Under the pieces are notes generated by a model that had not been told where the DNA came from, did not search any database, and saw nothing but the letters and a program-made list of their open reading frames with translations. Position numbers and translations under genes: made by a program. A stretch of DNA of 64,000 nt from NCBI GenBank assembly GCA_024704765.1, contig JAKMXF010000022.1, positions 883,055 through 947,054 of the forward strand. The letters run 5' to 3'. Every line of letters begins with the position of its first letter. Position 1 is the first letter of the stretch. This DNA comes from Oopsacas minuta. Lineage: Eukaryota > Animalia > Porifera. Positions 46,052-58,306 of this stretch are shown here, piece by piece.

Positions 46052-47823
46052 ATGGATCTTTCTTGTCAACTAAACAACTCGACATACTCAGTGAAATTAC
46101 TACTGCTTGAAATTATCACAGGAATAATGTGTGTGCTCTCCATTACTGGCTGTCTTTGTATTATAATATCATTCTGCCTGTACAAAGAGCTCCGCACTCG
46201 TGCTAGATTAATCGTAGTCCTGCTGGCATTCTCAGTGCTCTGCTACACCACAGCTAATCTGGTGGGAATAGGAGTGACACACCTGCAGAAGAAGGCTGAA
46301 ATCTATAACAACTCCATATTGAGCACAGCTGTGAATAATTCAAACGTTCTAGACACGATGTGTAAAGTGCAGGCTGGGCTAGCAGTGTTCTTCTATATTG
46401 CATCTATCTTCTGGACTTATTGCATTGCTTTCTACATTCTAATGTCTGTATTACAGAGCAAGATAATGAGTCAAATTACTTTTTACTTTTTCTTCATCAT
46501 CTCCTGGCTGGTGCCTAGTGTTATAATTGCATATCTAATTGTATATGATTATCTGGGCTATTCGTGTATCTCTGTAGAGAAGAACAGTACAATTGGTGCT
46601 GAGGTAGATGTCTCCTCTATTTGGTGCACTATCGCATATGCTAAAGTCCTGAACAGGGATAGCAGGATTTTGATTAACGTATTGGCTTTTGATGTATGGC
46701 TATTCATGGGCTACCTTATACTACCAATCATATTCATTCTAGTCAAGATAGCAATGAAGAAACAGGTCAGTTAACTTCTCTATTTCTGAATTTTCCTTAT
46801 TTAGATTTGTTTAAGAGCTTGTGCATATTAATTTGTTAAGATTTTTATTCAGGCATCCAGACTATCCACACTATATGAACAATGTCTCAAATCATCTCGA
46901 GAGATTGATGTAAAACTGTTGTTGATTCCACTCGCGTTTATTCTCATAAATGTCTGGTCTACTGTGAGAGATATTCTCTTCTTCCTACAACACAAGAATG
47001 ATTACTACTGGCTAGTGGTCCTACAGGTATTACTTATTATTTGCCAACTGTTATACCAAATATACTGAGCGTCATGTCCCGCTCCGCATAAACGCCCCCA
47101 AAGTTTTTGGGAGGTCAAACTAATGCAGTCAATATCCGGTAACTCGAACATTCGTTATCTCGAACGAATATTCACTCCCCTTCGTTGTACTTTTATTAGT
47201 ATTTATAACATCCGTTATCTCCAACATTCGATTTTTGAACATATTTATCAGGGTTCGAGTTGCCGGATGTTAAATTTATAGAATATTAATTGACAATTAA
47301 TTTTTGAATAATCTTGATATTTTTTATTGCATTTTGAAAAGATCACAAAAACTGTATAAGCGGTGAAATTTCAGCTCTTAATCATTTGAAAAAGTGTCAC
47401 GAGGAAAATTGGGACCTTCAATGGAGGCCCTCCGTTAACTCGAACGGATTTTGACTTACCTTGAGGTTCGAGTTGCCAGATGTTGACTATCTAAAAACTT
47501 CAAATTTTCACTTGCTTGATATAAAATGTTGAATTCATTTCTAAAGTGTAGTCACAAATATGATTCATAATTAGTCTCTAGAAATACAAATAGATTTATC
47601 AAATCTTTCACTGTAGAGCGTAGGAGACTGTTCCCAAGGACTGGTTATATTTGTAATTTACTTTCTTATGACAAGATATGTCAGACAAGCAATGCGTAAG
47701 AAGTGTTGTTCCTGCAGAAAGGAATCGAATGGTTACAAAACTATAAAAGCATCTCCAATTAGACAGAAATGGTGGAAAATATCTAAATCTCATGTTTTGA
47801 AAGAAGTTAGTACTGTAAACTGA
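46052..47823 (+). CDS. GPR157-like 7TM receptor (cAMP-receptor-like family), about 364 aa
   Basis: Exons 46052-46765, 46853-47026, 47617-47823 in phase; hydrophobic helices, CKVQAGLAVFFYIASIFWT, SWLVP, WC, DVKLLLIPLAFILINVWSTVR, VGDCSQG. Confidence 0.8.
47127..47488. mobile_element. Tc1/mariner-like MITE in GPR157-like intron 2
   Basis: Imperfect TIR agtcaatatccggtaactcgaac / gttcgagttgccagatgttgact; internal (c)tcgaac repeats. Confidence 0.65.
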
Positions 47824-48800
47824 AGTTAGAGACTCAAAAGAGATTTTCATGTCACTTTCAGCATGTCTTTTTAATTTATGTAAATTTATTGATCACTTCA
47901 TGGCATTTCTTTGTGTTGTTGTTGTTATATCAAACTATATTATTATTATGTATAGATGTACATGTCAGTCCTCCTATCTACTATTAGTCACTTTGAAACA
48001 TTTTTGTGTATATAATGTTTATCTTATTGTGTAAATACAGAGAAGCAAGCTTTCTTCTCTGACTTTTGTAAAATATTATTTGTGTGATAATGTGTCTGGT
48101 AATAGCATGATGGTTTATGGTTATTTGACTTAATTCTTGGAATTTCAGAGAGGTTTTTGTATCCTCCCAAGAAACAATAGGATCTTGGGAAGAAATTATT
48201 AATTACTAGAGTGGGGCATCAGCACCCAATATTTTCCTCTTTGCTTTCCAGTAATGGCAAAGTGCAAATTCCCACTCCAATAACTCGAGTACTGCCTCAA
48301 AATGACGTAGACCCACACCCAACGGATCTTGGACCCTGGTGTCGGCGCTTGAAATGTGTGTGCCGTTGTTGGTACTCTAGCCGCTTCCTTAAAGTAAGAG
48401 AATTTTCGTAAATGTTTCTATTTTTGTATTCTGATACAACTTTTATTACTCTACCGACTATTAGGCAATTGTTAATAAATGATTAACTTGTTTCAGCTCC
48501 ATATGACAATCATCTGAGTGTGTATACGGGCGGTATTTATATCATAATGACGATATTTCATCCCTTTTCCAAATTTCGTTCATAAATCCCTTTGTTCTTA
48601 AATTGATATTAAACATATATACCGGTATAAATATAATCATAGATATTTGCTTAATTGTCCAGCATAAATAACCTCGATTATCTACTTCTTCAAATATCCG
48701 AATATGACCGGTCCAATAATTGAGATTCCACCTGTAACAATCATTGCTATTCAAAATTATAGCTTATATTTGTATATTTATTTAACTCGCCAACATTTCA

Positions 48801-50111
48801 ATGCACTGCATCCGTTTCCAATGCAACAAACTTATCCTTATTAGCTACACTCATTCGAAACCATTACAGCATTACTCCAATTCTTCTCAACACAACAACA
48901 TACATAACAATGTGACGATATCGTTACTAGACAGGGAGTACCCAGTAGACAACTTAACTACCATTACACCCACAATACTTAGTAAAGTAGATAGACACTT
49001 ACATAATCAATATCAGCATCCTATTGAGATTATAAAGCGTAGGATTGTTTCGTATTTCTCACACAAGTGGGTAGATTCTAATGGCGATCCTTTGTTCAAA
49101 TCTTTTGATAATTTCTCTCCAGTTGTTTCTTTGGAGCAGAATTTTGATAGTCTTCGTGTCCCTCTGGATCATGTGACTCGTTCAAAGAGTGATAACTACT
49201 ACATCAATAATCAGTTTATGTTGAGGGCTCATACTTCTGCTCATCAGCGAGATACCATAGCCCTTGGACACTCGCAGTTTTTAGTAACAGGTGACGTGTA
49301 TCGTCGTGATGAGATTGACACGAAACATTACCCCGTGTTCCACCAAATGGAGGGGGTGGAGTTATTCACGAATGAAGAGTTATTTGGAAATGAACAAGGA
49401 AGTTTATTTGATCCTTTGAAGGAAGAGACCGAGGAGAAACAAGCTGAACACTCTCTAGAAACTGTACTAGCTATTGAGAAGAATCTTAAATATAAACTAG
49501 AAAGTTTAATGCAGCATCTCTTCGGTAACAATCTACAGATGAGATGGTCTGGAACTTACTTCCCTTTCACCCACCCTTCCTACGAGCTGGAGATCTATTG
49601 GAACGATAAATGGCTAGAGGTATTAGGATCTGGAGTTATGCGACAACATATATTAGTAGCAGGAGGAAAGGGTAGTAAAGCTGGTTATGCTTTTGGATTA
49701 GGGTTGGAACGATTAGCTATGATTCTATTTGGTATTCCTGATATACGATTGTTTTGGAGTAAAGATAGGCGGTTTATCGATCAATTTATTAATTTACAAG
49801 AAAATAGTTCTCTTAATTACAAACCATTCTCGTTACAACCTCCTGCTATGCGTGATATGTCATTTTGGATTAATAATGGGGAATTTGAAATGAATGATTT
49901 CCATGAGATAGTACGTGATGAAGGTGAGGAATGGATTGAGAACGTTGAGCTTTTGGATGAGTACCAAAGTCCAGAGACAAGAAGAAAGAGTTTATGTTTT
50001 AGAATAACATACAGATGTATGGAACGTACATTATTAGGTGAGGAAATACAGGAATTACATACCAGGATAACAGATAGGTTACAGAAAGAAATGTCTGTTT
50101 CTATCAGGTAG
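48801..50111 (+). CDS. FARS2: Phenylalanine--tRNA ligase, mitochondrial, intronless
   Basis: LRAHTSAHQ, GDVYRRDEID..HYPVFHQMEG, YFPFTHPSYELE, WLEVLGSG, AFGLGLERLAM, C-terminal FDX-ACB domain. Confidence 0.96.
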   Translation: MHCIRFQCNKLILISYTHSKPLQHYSNSSQHNNIHNNVTISLLDREYPVDNLTTITPTILSKVDRHLHNQYQHPIEIIKRRIVSYFSHKWVDSNGDPLFKSFDNFSPVVSLEQNFDSLRVPLDHVTRSKSDNYYINNQFMLRAHTSAHQRDTIALGHSQFLVTGDVYRRDEIDTKHYPVFHQMEGVELFTNEELFGNEQGSLFDPLKEETEEKQAEHSLETVLAIEKNLKYKLESLMQHLFGNNLQMRWSGTYFPFTHPSYELEIYWNDKWLEVLGSGVMRQHILVAGGKGSKAGYAFGLGLERLAMILFGIPDIRLFWSKDRRFIDQFINLQENSSLNYKPFSLQPPAMRDMSFWINNGEFEMNDFHEIVRDEGEEWIENVELLDEYQSPETRRKSLCFRITYRCMERTLLGEEIQELHTRITDRLQKEMSVSIR

Positions 50112-50401
50112 GAATAGTAAATAGGTAATGCGAAATGGATAATATCATTTAATAATTCACTCGTTTTTGTGCCGCAGGGTATATTTATAAACTATGGTAT
50201 TGCTTAGCTACACATGTACACATATAAAAGTGATTACACAAATCGTAACATGGTTACTGGTGGATACCGAAATTGTTCATGACAATTGGTTATTTGGGTT
50301 TTTCCTCGGGTTGATATTGAGTATAGTGTTGCTAGATCATAAGATAATAGATTTTGGCTTTGACATGAAAATGTGTACTTACCAACCCTTTGAAATAATA
50401 A

Positions 50402-50720
50402 CGAGCGCGCTTCGCTTGCTCGTGCTGCGCGGCTTGTGAATACCTTGTGTTCGTTTAGAACCCTGCACTCCGTTCCTCGAAAGTGCTATATTCGGGCTCA
50501 GCTTACTCGATTGCCTCTGTAATCAGTATAACAGTTGAAACCAAGTTTCTAAGACTAATTCAAAGTTGTTTGCTTTATATACATAAACAACAACAACAAC
50601 AACAACAAATATTCACAATTTCTTGTTGTCAAATCATATTTAGAATCATTGTACTCGACCACCCCAGTATATACTTACGTACAACCGTTGAAACAAAGTT
50701 TCTGGGGCTATCTATAAATT
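50402..50720 (-). mobile_element. Helitron-like family copy (3' part)
   Basis: Plus strand cgagcgcgcttcgcttgctcg matches the terminus at 23024; internal units similar; includes a short (CAA)n. Confidence 0.6.
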
Positions 50721-51128
50721 TCTTTACTTAATCCGAAAATATTTTACAACATCATGGTTTTGTGAAATTCAACTTCAGACAACAATTGCGATTAATGAAT
50801 GGGAAATTTTCGAAAATCCCTACGAATAGATTTAATCGATTTCCGGAAAATTCCCTGGAATTCAAAGATTTTCATCCATAAACAGCAATCTCAGGCTATT
50901 ATTTGGAAAGAATATGAACATACATTTGCAAATATTCCCTGTACGTATTTCTTGTAAAATCCCAGTCCCAGTCTCTAAGTTGCCATTGGAGCAATACAAA
51001 ATTAGTAGACCGATAAAACTGCTATTTCACAAATTGAATTCTGGCAAATGACCTGCGTTTACGAATATTAATTTGTTCTTCGAATAATATTGACTATACG
51101 TAGGAAATATAAATTAGTTAATTTGATA

Positions 51129-52148
51129 ATGGCAAGTTTAAACTCTGAAGATAACTCAGATGAAAAGCTATCTGACATTTTCTCAGAAGCTCTCAAATGT
51201 CAAGAAACGATTGATAACACAGATTTAGCCTCAGCTAGTCTTGAATATCAAAATAAAGTACACGAGGGAATAGATTTGTTGATAAAGGCTACTAAAATGG
51301 TAAATATACTCTCACTATTCTCAGTGAATGAAGATTTGGAGGAAACTCCAACAGCTGATCTCAAATACTTATTGTTACCAGCTCTACTTGGCAGTCTCAC
51401 ATGCCAGCTAAACTCTAAAGATAGAAAACAAGATTTGGAGAGAGCAGTTATTTATTATAACGACTTCTTACGTAGAGCTAGGGATTATTCTATTACTTGT
51501 ACCATGTATAATACAACAGGCGAGGCAGTAGTGGATGGTAGGGTTAGCAAAGAATTGGCTGATGCGGAAGCTACACGAGCTGATAAGATTGCCAGATTTA
51601 AAGCTAAGAAATCTCTAGAATTGAGACTCAAGGAATTAAACAAGAATAAACACGTAGATGAAGCTACGTTGAGAGAATATACTATAACTACTATTCGTTT
51701 ATGGATCACACGCTGTGTTGATGAATTAGAAGCTACGAAAAGAGAATTAGAAATGTTAGAATACATGGAAGGTAGGGAACAAGAGGACCCCCCGGTTGTA
51801 CTCCCTTCTGCTCCTACTAAACCCATTCTCATAACACGAGATATGATACAGAATAAAGTGTTCGGAGCCGGTTATCCCAGTCTACCCACCATGACAGTGG
51901 AGGAGTGGCACGAGAAGAGAATAAGAGATGGTGTCATACCTCCAGAACAGATACATGTGCAGGAGAGAGATATGAGTAAATGGGTGGGGAAGGGACCTAG
52001 TAAACAGATAGAAGAAGTACCGGAAGGAGACGGAGGAAACAGGTCTGATGAAAATGAAGAAGAGGCCCAAAGGAAAAAGGATATTTTATTTGATGAGTTC
52101 AAAGATGTTAATAAGAAAGGTAGTGGAAATAGAAAGAATAGGTCATAG
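51129..52148 (+). CDS. IGBP1: Immunoglobulin-binding protein 1 / alpha4 (TAP42 family), 339 aa, intronless
   Basis: NEDLEETPTADLKYLLLP, RADKIARFK, KVFGAGYPSLPTMTVEEW, C-terminal GSGNRKNRS. Confidence 0.93.
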   Translation: MASLNSEDNSDEKLSDIFSEALKCQETIDNTDLASASLEYQNKVHEGIDLLIKATKMVNILSLFSVNEDLEETPTADLKYLLLPALLGSLTCQLNSKDRKQDLERAVIYYNDFLRRARDYSITCTMYNTTGEAVVDGRVSKELADAEATRADKIARFKAKKSLELRLKELNKNKHVDEATLREYTITTIRLWITRCVDELEATKRELEMLEYMEGREQEDPPVVLPSAPTKPILITRDMIQNKVFGAGYPSLPTMTVEEWHEKRIRDGVIPPEQIHVQERDMSKWVGKGPSKQIEEVPEGDGGNRSDENEEEAQRKKDILFDEFKDVNKKGSGNRKNRS

Positions 52149-52672
52149 AATTGATCTTTCTATTCCTGAATTTAAATTATATTATATTAAATTTATAATA
52201 TCAATGGCATGGCTTATACACTGTTTACTTGTTGTTCTCAGCTACAGGCTTAGAAAACTGTTATCTCCAATTTGTGTATTTTCAAAAGAGTTGCTCATAT
52301 ATTGTAATTATACATATTAGCATTTCTTACGATGGACGAAGTCTTCGAAAATATTCCCATAGCATGGAAATACGACAATTAAGTGTATGTACATTTGTAT
52401 ACAACAGTTTGTATCCGAGAAAAGGTAAACTAATGTCTGACATCAGTCAAACCAGGGTTGGCTAGTTTTACCCAGCCCCCGGTTTAAACCCCATTTAGTG
52501 GGTTAAACCCTATTTTATGGTCAAAACTGGTTATTTCACTGTGATAAACCTCAATTAATTGGGTAAACTACCTGAACTGTGTTTGAGACTCTAATTTAGG
52601 ATTGCCAGACTATAATTATATTAATCAAACTATAGGAGTATATTTCACCTTTTTGGAAACTCAATTTTAATA

Positions 52673-53156
52673 CAGTGGAACCCGGAAATACGGTCCCCCA
52701 CGAGACCGAGAAAAATGGCCGTAATTGTGAAACTTTTTGAAAGAAACCATATTCTATTAATATTTACGATACTATAATAATTATAACATGCTAATACGTT
52801 TGAGATCCAGCTCATTGCGTTTGCTCGATGCCATTAATAATGTATGAATTACTGTCTCATTAATCTGCTTTGCATTTATATGTATACACTCCAATGTATT
52901 GTTATTTAATTTTCCAGAAATTGTTTTCGTTTTCAAACATCCAATAGTGATTCCTATTGTTAAGATTGGCCGTAATTCTGAGGTTAAAATAGGGTTTCGT
53001 TCTAAAAGTATGGCCGTAATTCGGAATAGCGGAGTAGCCGGAATTCTGAAATAAATTAATGTTAATGTCTATAGTATATTAAACGGGACTTTAAACAGTG
53101 GCCGGTATATCGAGGTGGCCGCTATTCTGGGGTGGCCGTTAAGCGGGGTTCCACTG
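52673..53156. mobile_element. Tc1/mariner (pogo/Tigger-like) MITE
   Basis: TA-cagtggaaccc ... gggttccactg-TA; internal ggccg repeats. Confidence 0.82.
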
Positions 53157-54586
53157 TATTATTTAATGTATATATTTATTTGGAATTAATGCTATAATTC
53201 ATACTAAATAACGTGTGGTTATAAGTCAATTGTACGATTACAGATCTTAATTTATGAAGACTTTGAATATTTACTGTGTTTACAATTTAACTCGGCTAAA
53301 CCTATTTAACCCGGGTTAAACTCCAATCATGAGTCAAACACCCCTAAGTAGTCTCAAATCACCACATACAACATCTAGGGTGGCTCTCAAGACTCATCTG
53401 AAAAAAATCTAATTCTGTACACTAGTTTATCCCTCTACATAGCATATTTGTTATTTCAGTTCATTTAAGGTGAAATTCCATTCCATTATACAATTCTGTA
53501 ATTCGTAGTTTTAAGTTAACAATAAACTACTCTGACTGTATTTGTTTGCGATTTCTCATAAAATACTAAATTCCAACATCTAATCTGTATACATGTATTC
53601 TTGACATAGGTAAGTTTAATAATCTGATAATTATTTGTAGAGATGATATTAGTAGGTAATATTACATACAATCTGGATATGTGAAATTCTTGTGATGATT
53701 GTGTCATATGTGATATTGTGTCAGCTAGCATAATAAGGTCTAGACGATTCGTGGGGGTGTATTACATTACATTACGTACGTACATACTGTACTATTGTTT
53801 GTGACTGGTGCTTAATAGATTTAGTCATATATCCTTTGATTAATAATTCGTAAAGCATTATTCCTATATACGGTTGATTCTGCTTAATTCAGAGGGTAGC
53901 TTGACATTGACCCAATTAACAGTAAAGATTTTAGGTTATTTCAATGGCAGATAGATCCATTCCTCAGCAAATAACAAACACGAGTAACTGATTATGCATT
54001 TATGCTGAACGAATGTGTTATTTAATTCTTGAGTTATACCTGTAATTAATAAAAAATTACGCTTTCACTGTATCACCGTTAGAGTAATTAATATATCTGA
54101 CTATTAGGGTCTGAAAATTCCTCAAAATACTTAAATAAATACACATACCATAAAGCTGACTAATAGCATATGCAAATGAGATCTTACACTTTTAGAGATA
54201 TCATGAAGTTGAATCAAATTATCTTCTCCTACGCTAATAAATAGCATATTAACAGTTTCACGTCTATGCTATTTCAGAACTGCCTATTCAACATAGACAC
54301 ACCCTCCAGATGCTTACTATTTCATTGGTCACCACCGTCACGTAGGACCATTTGTAGTGTCGTGTCTATCCTACTAACTAGCATACCTTGTTCTAAATAC
54401 CATATTTGCCACAAATCACTAAAATCCATTGTACGTCTACATATATTACTAAGTTAGTTCAATACTTCTTGTTATCAAAAATATATACCTGTAGCTTTCT
54501 TGCAGTATTGAGAGTTACAGTTGATACGAATTCTGTTTAGCACTAATTAATGATCAGAGTTGGTAGAATTCCCTGTAACTATGTTA

Positions 54587-54743
54587 GGGGCCGTTCAAAC
54601 GTTACGTAATGCAAAATACCCTAAATTATGATACCCCTCCTTGTGTCGCGCTTAGTATCCGTTTGTAATACAATAAGAATGGGGCTATCATACTTCGCAC
54701 ACTACCCCCTCCTTTTAACGTTACGTAACGTTTGAACGGCCCC
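54587..54743. mobile_element. PIF/Harbinger (Tourist-like) MITE, 157 bp
   Basis: Perfect 23-bp TIR ggggccgttcaaacgttacgtaa; 3-bp TTA flanks on both sides. Confidence 0.88.
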
Positions 54744-57159
54744 TTATAACAGCGCTGATAACAACAAAATATCTAAATTCCCCTCTTGAACTTCATATAT
54801 ACATACTTGGTAAAAATTAATCTATATTTAAGGCTAAAAGAAAGATAAATAATTGTTGAGAATTACAGCATGTTTTCCAACTTAATTCTATCAAGAAATT
54901 TATTATTCACTCCATTATCCTGAACTACATAAATATCATTTTTTAAATATATTTGATTAACAAATTTTGTTTTCCTATAACCGCAGAAATGATCGTTTAT
55001 TCCGACTGGTTATTGGTAAGTAGGTTAAAATGGCGTATTGTTCTTGTTGATAAGAGTGTTGCAATACATCGACTTAAATAGGTTTGCAATTCATCGACAA
55101 ATTCTTTACAATTGGCATGTTCCTCAGATAGGTATAGAATGATAGAACCTAAGGTGATGTATGCGCTAACAACCAAGCTGTAAAAACTCAAAGATATTTA
55201 CCGGCTGTGGTTTGATAAATATTGAAAATATTCTAAAAACCAAAATAATGAATCTCCTATGAAAGAAGACAATACCATACTCTCTCTTCCTGATTTCAAC
55301 TCTCAACCACTTCCTCAAGTTGCTCCTGCGGGTCTGCAGCTGAGGGAGAATTGGAGCTACCAGTTTCTTTGCTCATTCAAATGTCCCCCTACCCAACACG
55401 GATATCTACTAACAAGCACTAGAAGCCCCTGCATGATTTTGGTAGTAATATGCTAATAATTCCTAATTTCTGGTAACTCAATACTTTCTTTAACTAGAGT
55501 CTAATCTACTCCAATCTGCTAGTGATTAGAGAGTCGTCGCTTCGCTACCCAGCTGCAAAACTGTAGATTAAGCTAATTTGATATTATAGATTTTAAAGGA
55601 ATGTAGTTAAGTGTATCTTAATGACGTAAGGTACATTAGGAAATTATCCTTGTAAGATAATACATATACAACTACTATGATATGGGATATTTCATAGTTA
55701 CCTCAAATGGTATAATTATGTGGTTTTTATATAAAAAGTGCTTGCGGCAAATTTCAGATTATTCAAGTGCATTATGAGATTAGCAATTCTCCAAGATATG
55801 TTAATTTCTATATTAATCGACCTCGTTCCTCGATTGCTTATAGACAGGTATACATTTGCTTTAAGACTAAAATACTAGAATTATTTAATCTTGTCTATGT
55901 CATAAAAACTAAATTTATTCATGATGAACTTGGGGAATGCGAAATTTAGAGTTCGCTTAAACGGGATCACACTCGCTGATTCTAAATTTCTCAATTTTAT
56001 TAAAATTTTTAATAATAAACAACAGGAATTTATGACTATTTGGGAAATGTGGTTATTTATTAGAATCATATGCAATTACCTCAATTCAATATTCAAATAT
56101 TGTAGACGGATACGTAACATCAAGTTTTAATTGTATCTTGCTGTTGATTAATTATATTCCAGGTTGTTATCCGTAAATAGCACAACTTTGATATTTCCGT
56201 CAATATACGTATACTACGATAACGCCACGCAGATTAAAATATACTTGTTTCTCCCGACTGTCAGGAAATATTTTATTTGTATATTTTGCAAATTTAAGGA
56301 TAATTCTTGGATCAAAGATTGTGCGATGCACATTTTACACTTGCATAGTTGAAATATTCAATAATTTTATTCCCATAGATAATGTAATGAGGTAATCGAA
56401 TACGAATGGTCAAATATTTAAGATACAATCTTAAAAAATTATAATAAAATACCTTCCGCCGTTCAAAAAGGTGCTTTTCGTCACGAACGTAACACTTCGG
56501 CCGTATTCGGTTAATCTAGTTTGCAGACTAAATGCACTTTGTTTAAAGAACTAACAACAATGGTGAATATACATTATCAAAGAGTTAGCGCCATTCTACC
56601 CACTCAATATTGCAATGTCTAACGAATCATTTTTGTTAACATAGTGTGTAGATGTGTGATAGCTATTGGATTAGCTTAATAGCTTTGCAGATACAATTAT
56701 TAAGATAAAATTGTTTTTGATTATAAAGAGAAAACATAACTTTTGGAGATTTGATCGTCTTTGTTACTGAAAAATTGCAATAATGGGATTATTATCGCTT
56801 GATATTGATAAATTGTTTACAAACATTAGATTTATCTTGCTAAAGAAATCATTATAAGATGATGGTGAGTTGTGTTGTCATATTTGTTTGTACCTAATTT
56901 TACATTTCAAAATAAATAATTTTGGTTAAATTGTATATTTGCTTAATTTATTTAATATCTTTTTAATACATTAATATTGTATAAATTCAAGAATAAGAAC
57001 ATATTACACTTTCCGATTTCCCTTCTTTATTTCATGGTTGAATAGCCACAATTATACATTTAATTCCTGGTCCTGTCAACTACCATCAAATTCACATGGC
57101 CTGACAACAACTTGTAATTTGATTATGTTCCTTATCCATGTTTTCTGATTAGTACACAG

Positions 57160-58215
57160 ATAAAAAGATTGAGGATGAAAGTGACTCTGATTGGGATGAT
57201 ATGACAACACAGCCAATAGTTGAGCCATCCACGAATTCTGAACGATCAAAGTTAACCAAGCTCAGCTATATTGAAGATAACAGTAATCACAGTAATGACA
57301 AAGTAGACCAAATCCAACCAGGTAGGTCATTTGATAGTTATCTTGCTTATAATTATATTCATTATTCTACAAGCATATTGCCGCATTCGACTGTGATCAT
57401 TGAATTTTATCATTTATCCATTTCTTTACCGGACCTGGTATAATATACGTCTTATGTAATCCTGTGTTGTGGGATTATGCTAATTGTTTTAGAGAAATGG
57501 ATAATAATTCAAAAACGTAATTTTGTTGTAGCTTCTCATTTCCTTCTTACCATCTTTTTGTAATGTTGATTCCTAACTAAGCAAATTGAAACTATAACCT
57601 ATGCCACACTAGATTGCAGACTAATCACATTATAGCAATTATTTGCTATATCTCACCAGCTATAAACCAGTATTATATTTGGACCTATGATTTGTAGTAT
57701 TTCATCTAAATGTATCTAACTTTAATAGTGACTTGTTGTTATGATTCGCAAGGGTTTTGAGTTACAGATAATTGTTTTGATTCTCTTTTTGCCCAATAAT
57801 ATTTTCTAGCAGAAAGGCATATTTTTTGGAACGAGAATTAATGCAATATAACAGACTAAGTTCCAATTTATTTTAGTTTGCAAATGCATACGAAGCAGGT
57901 TAATTTACTGATACAACCACACAATTCTGCAACAGTTTCTTAAAAGTAATTTTCACTTCCATTCCTTTCAGAATTCTGACCCAAGATAACGTTTAGTGCT
58001 GTGTTATAGCTTAATTTGCATTCACGTAACAGTAATCATACACCAACTTGATTGGAGTACAAACTCTAGAATTCACTATCTCATAGCGACCAAAAGTTAC
58101 CCAATATGTAAGATAAAGGCAACATTATCATGATTCTAGTAAAGTATTACCTCTTATTGCAGACTAACCGATAAGTTGTTTACTAGTGTAATTTTTTCAA
58201 TATCTTGCAAATTAT

Positions 58216-58306
<91 letters not shown>

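Noticed and set aside
48130-48800. LYRM4 head-to-head with FARS2 as in humans
   Set aside because: No LYR motif or ISD11-like sequence in any frame examined.
52455-53320. Larger hAT-like element (cagggttggc...) hosting the 52673 MITE
   Set aside because: No matching right TIR or TSD found.
54240-56620. Short ORFs and possible exons (54997-55191 minus, 55259-55456 plus)
   Set aside because: No homology recognised and no phase-consistent exon chain could be built.
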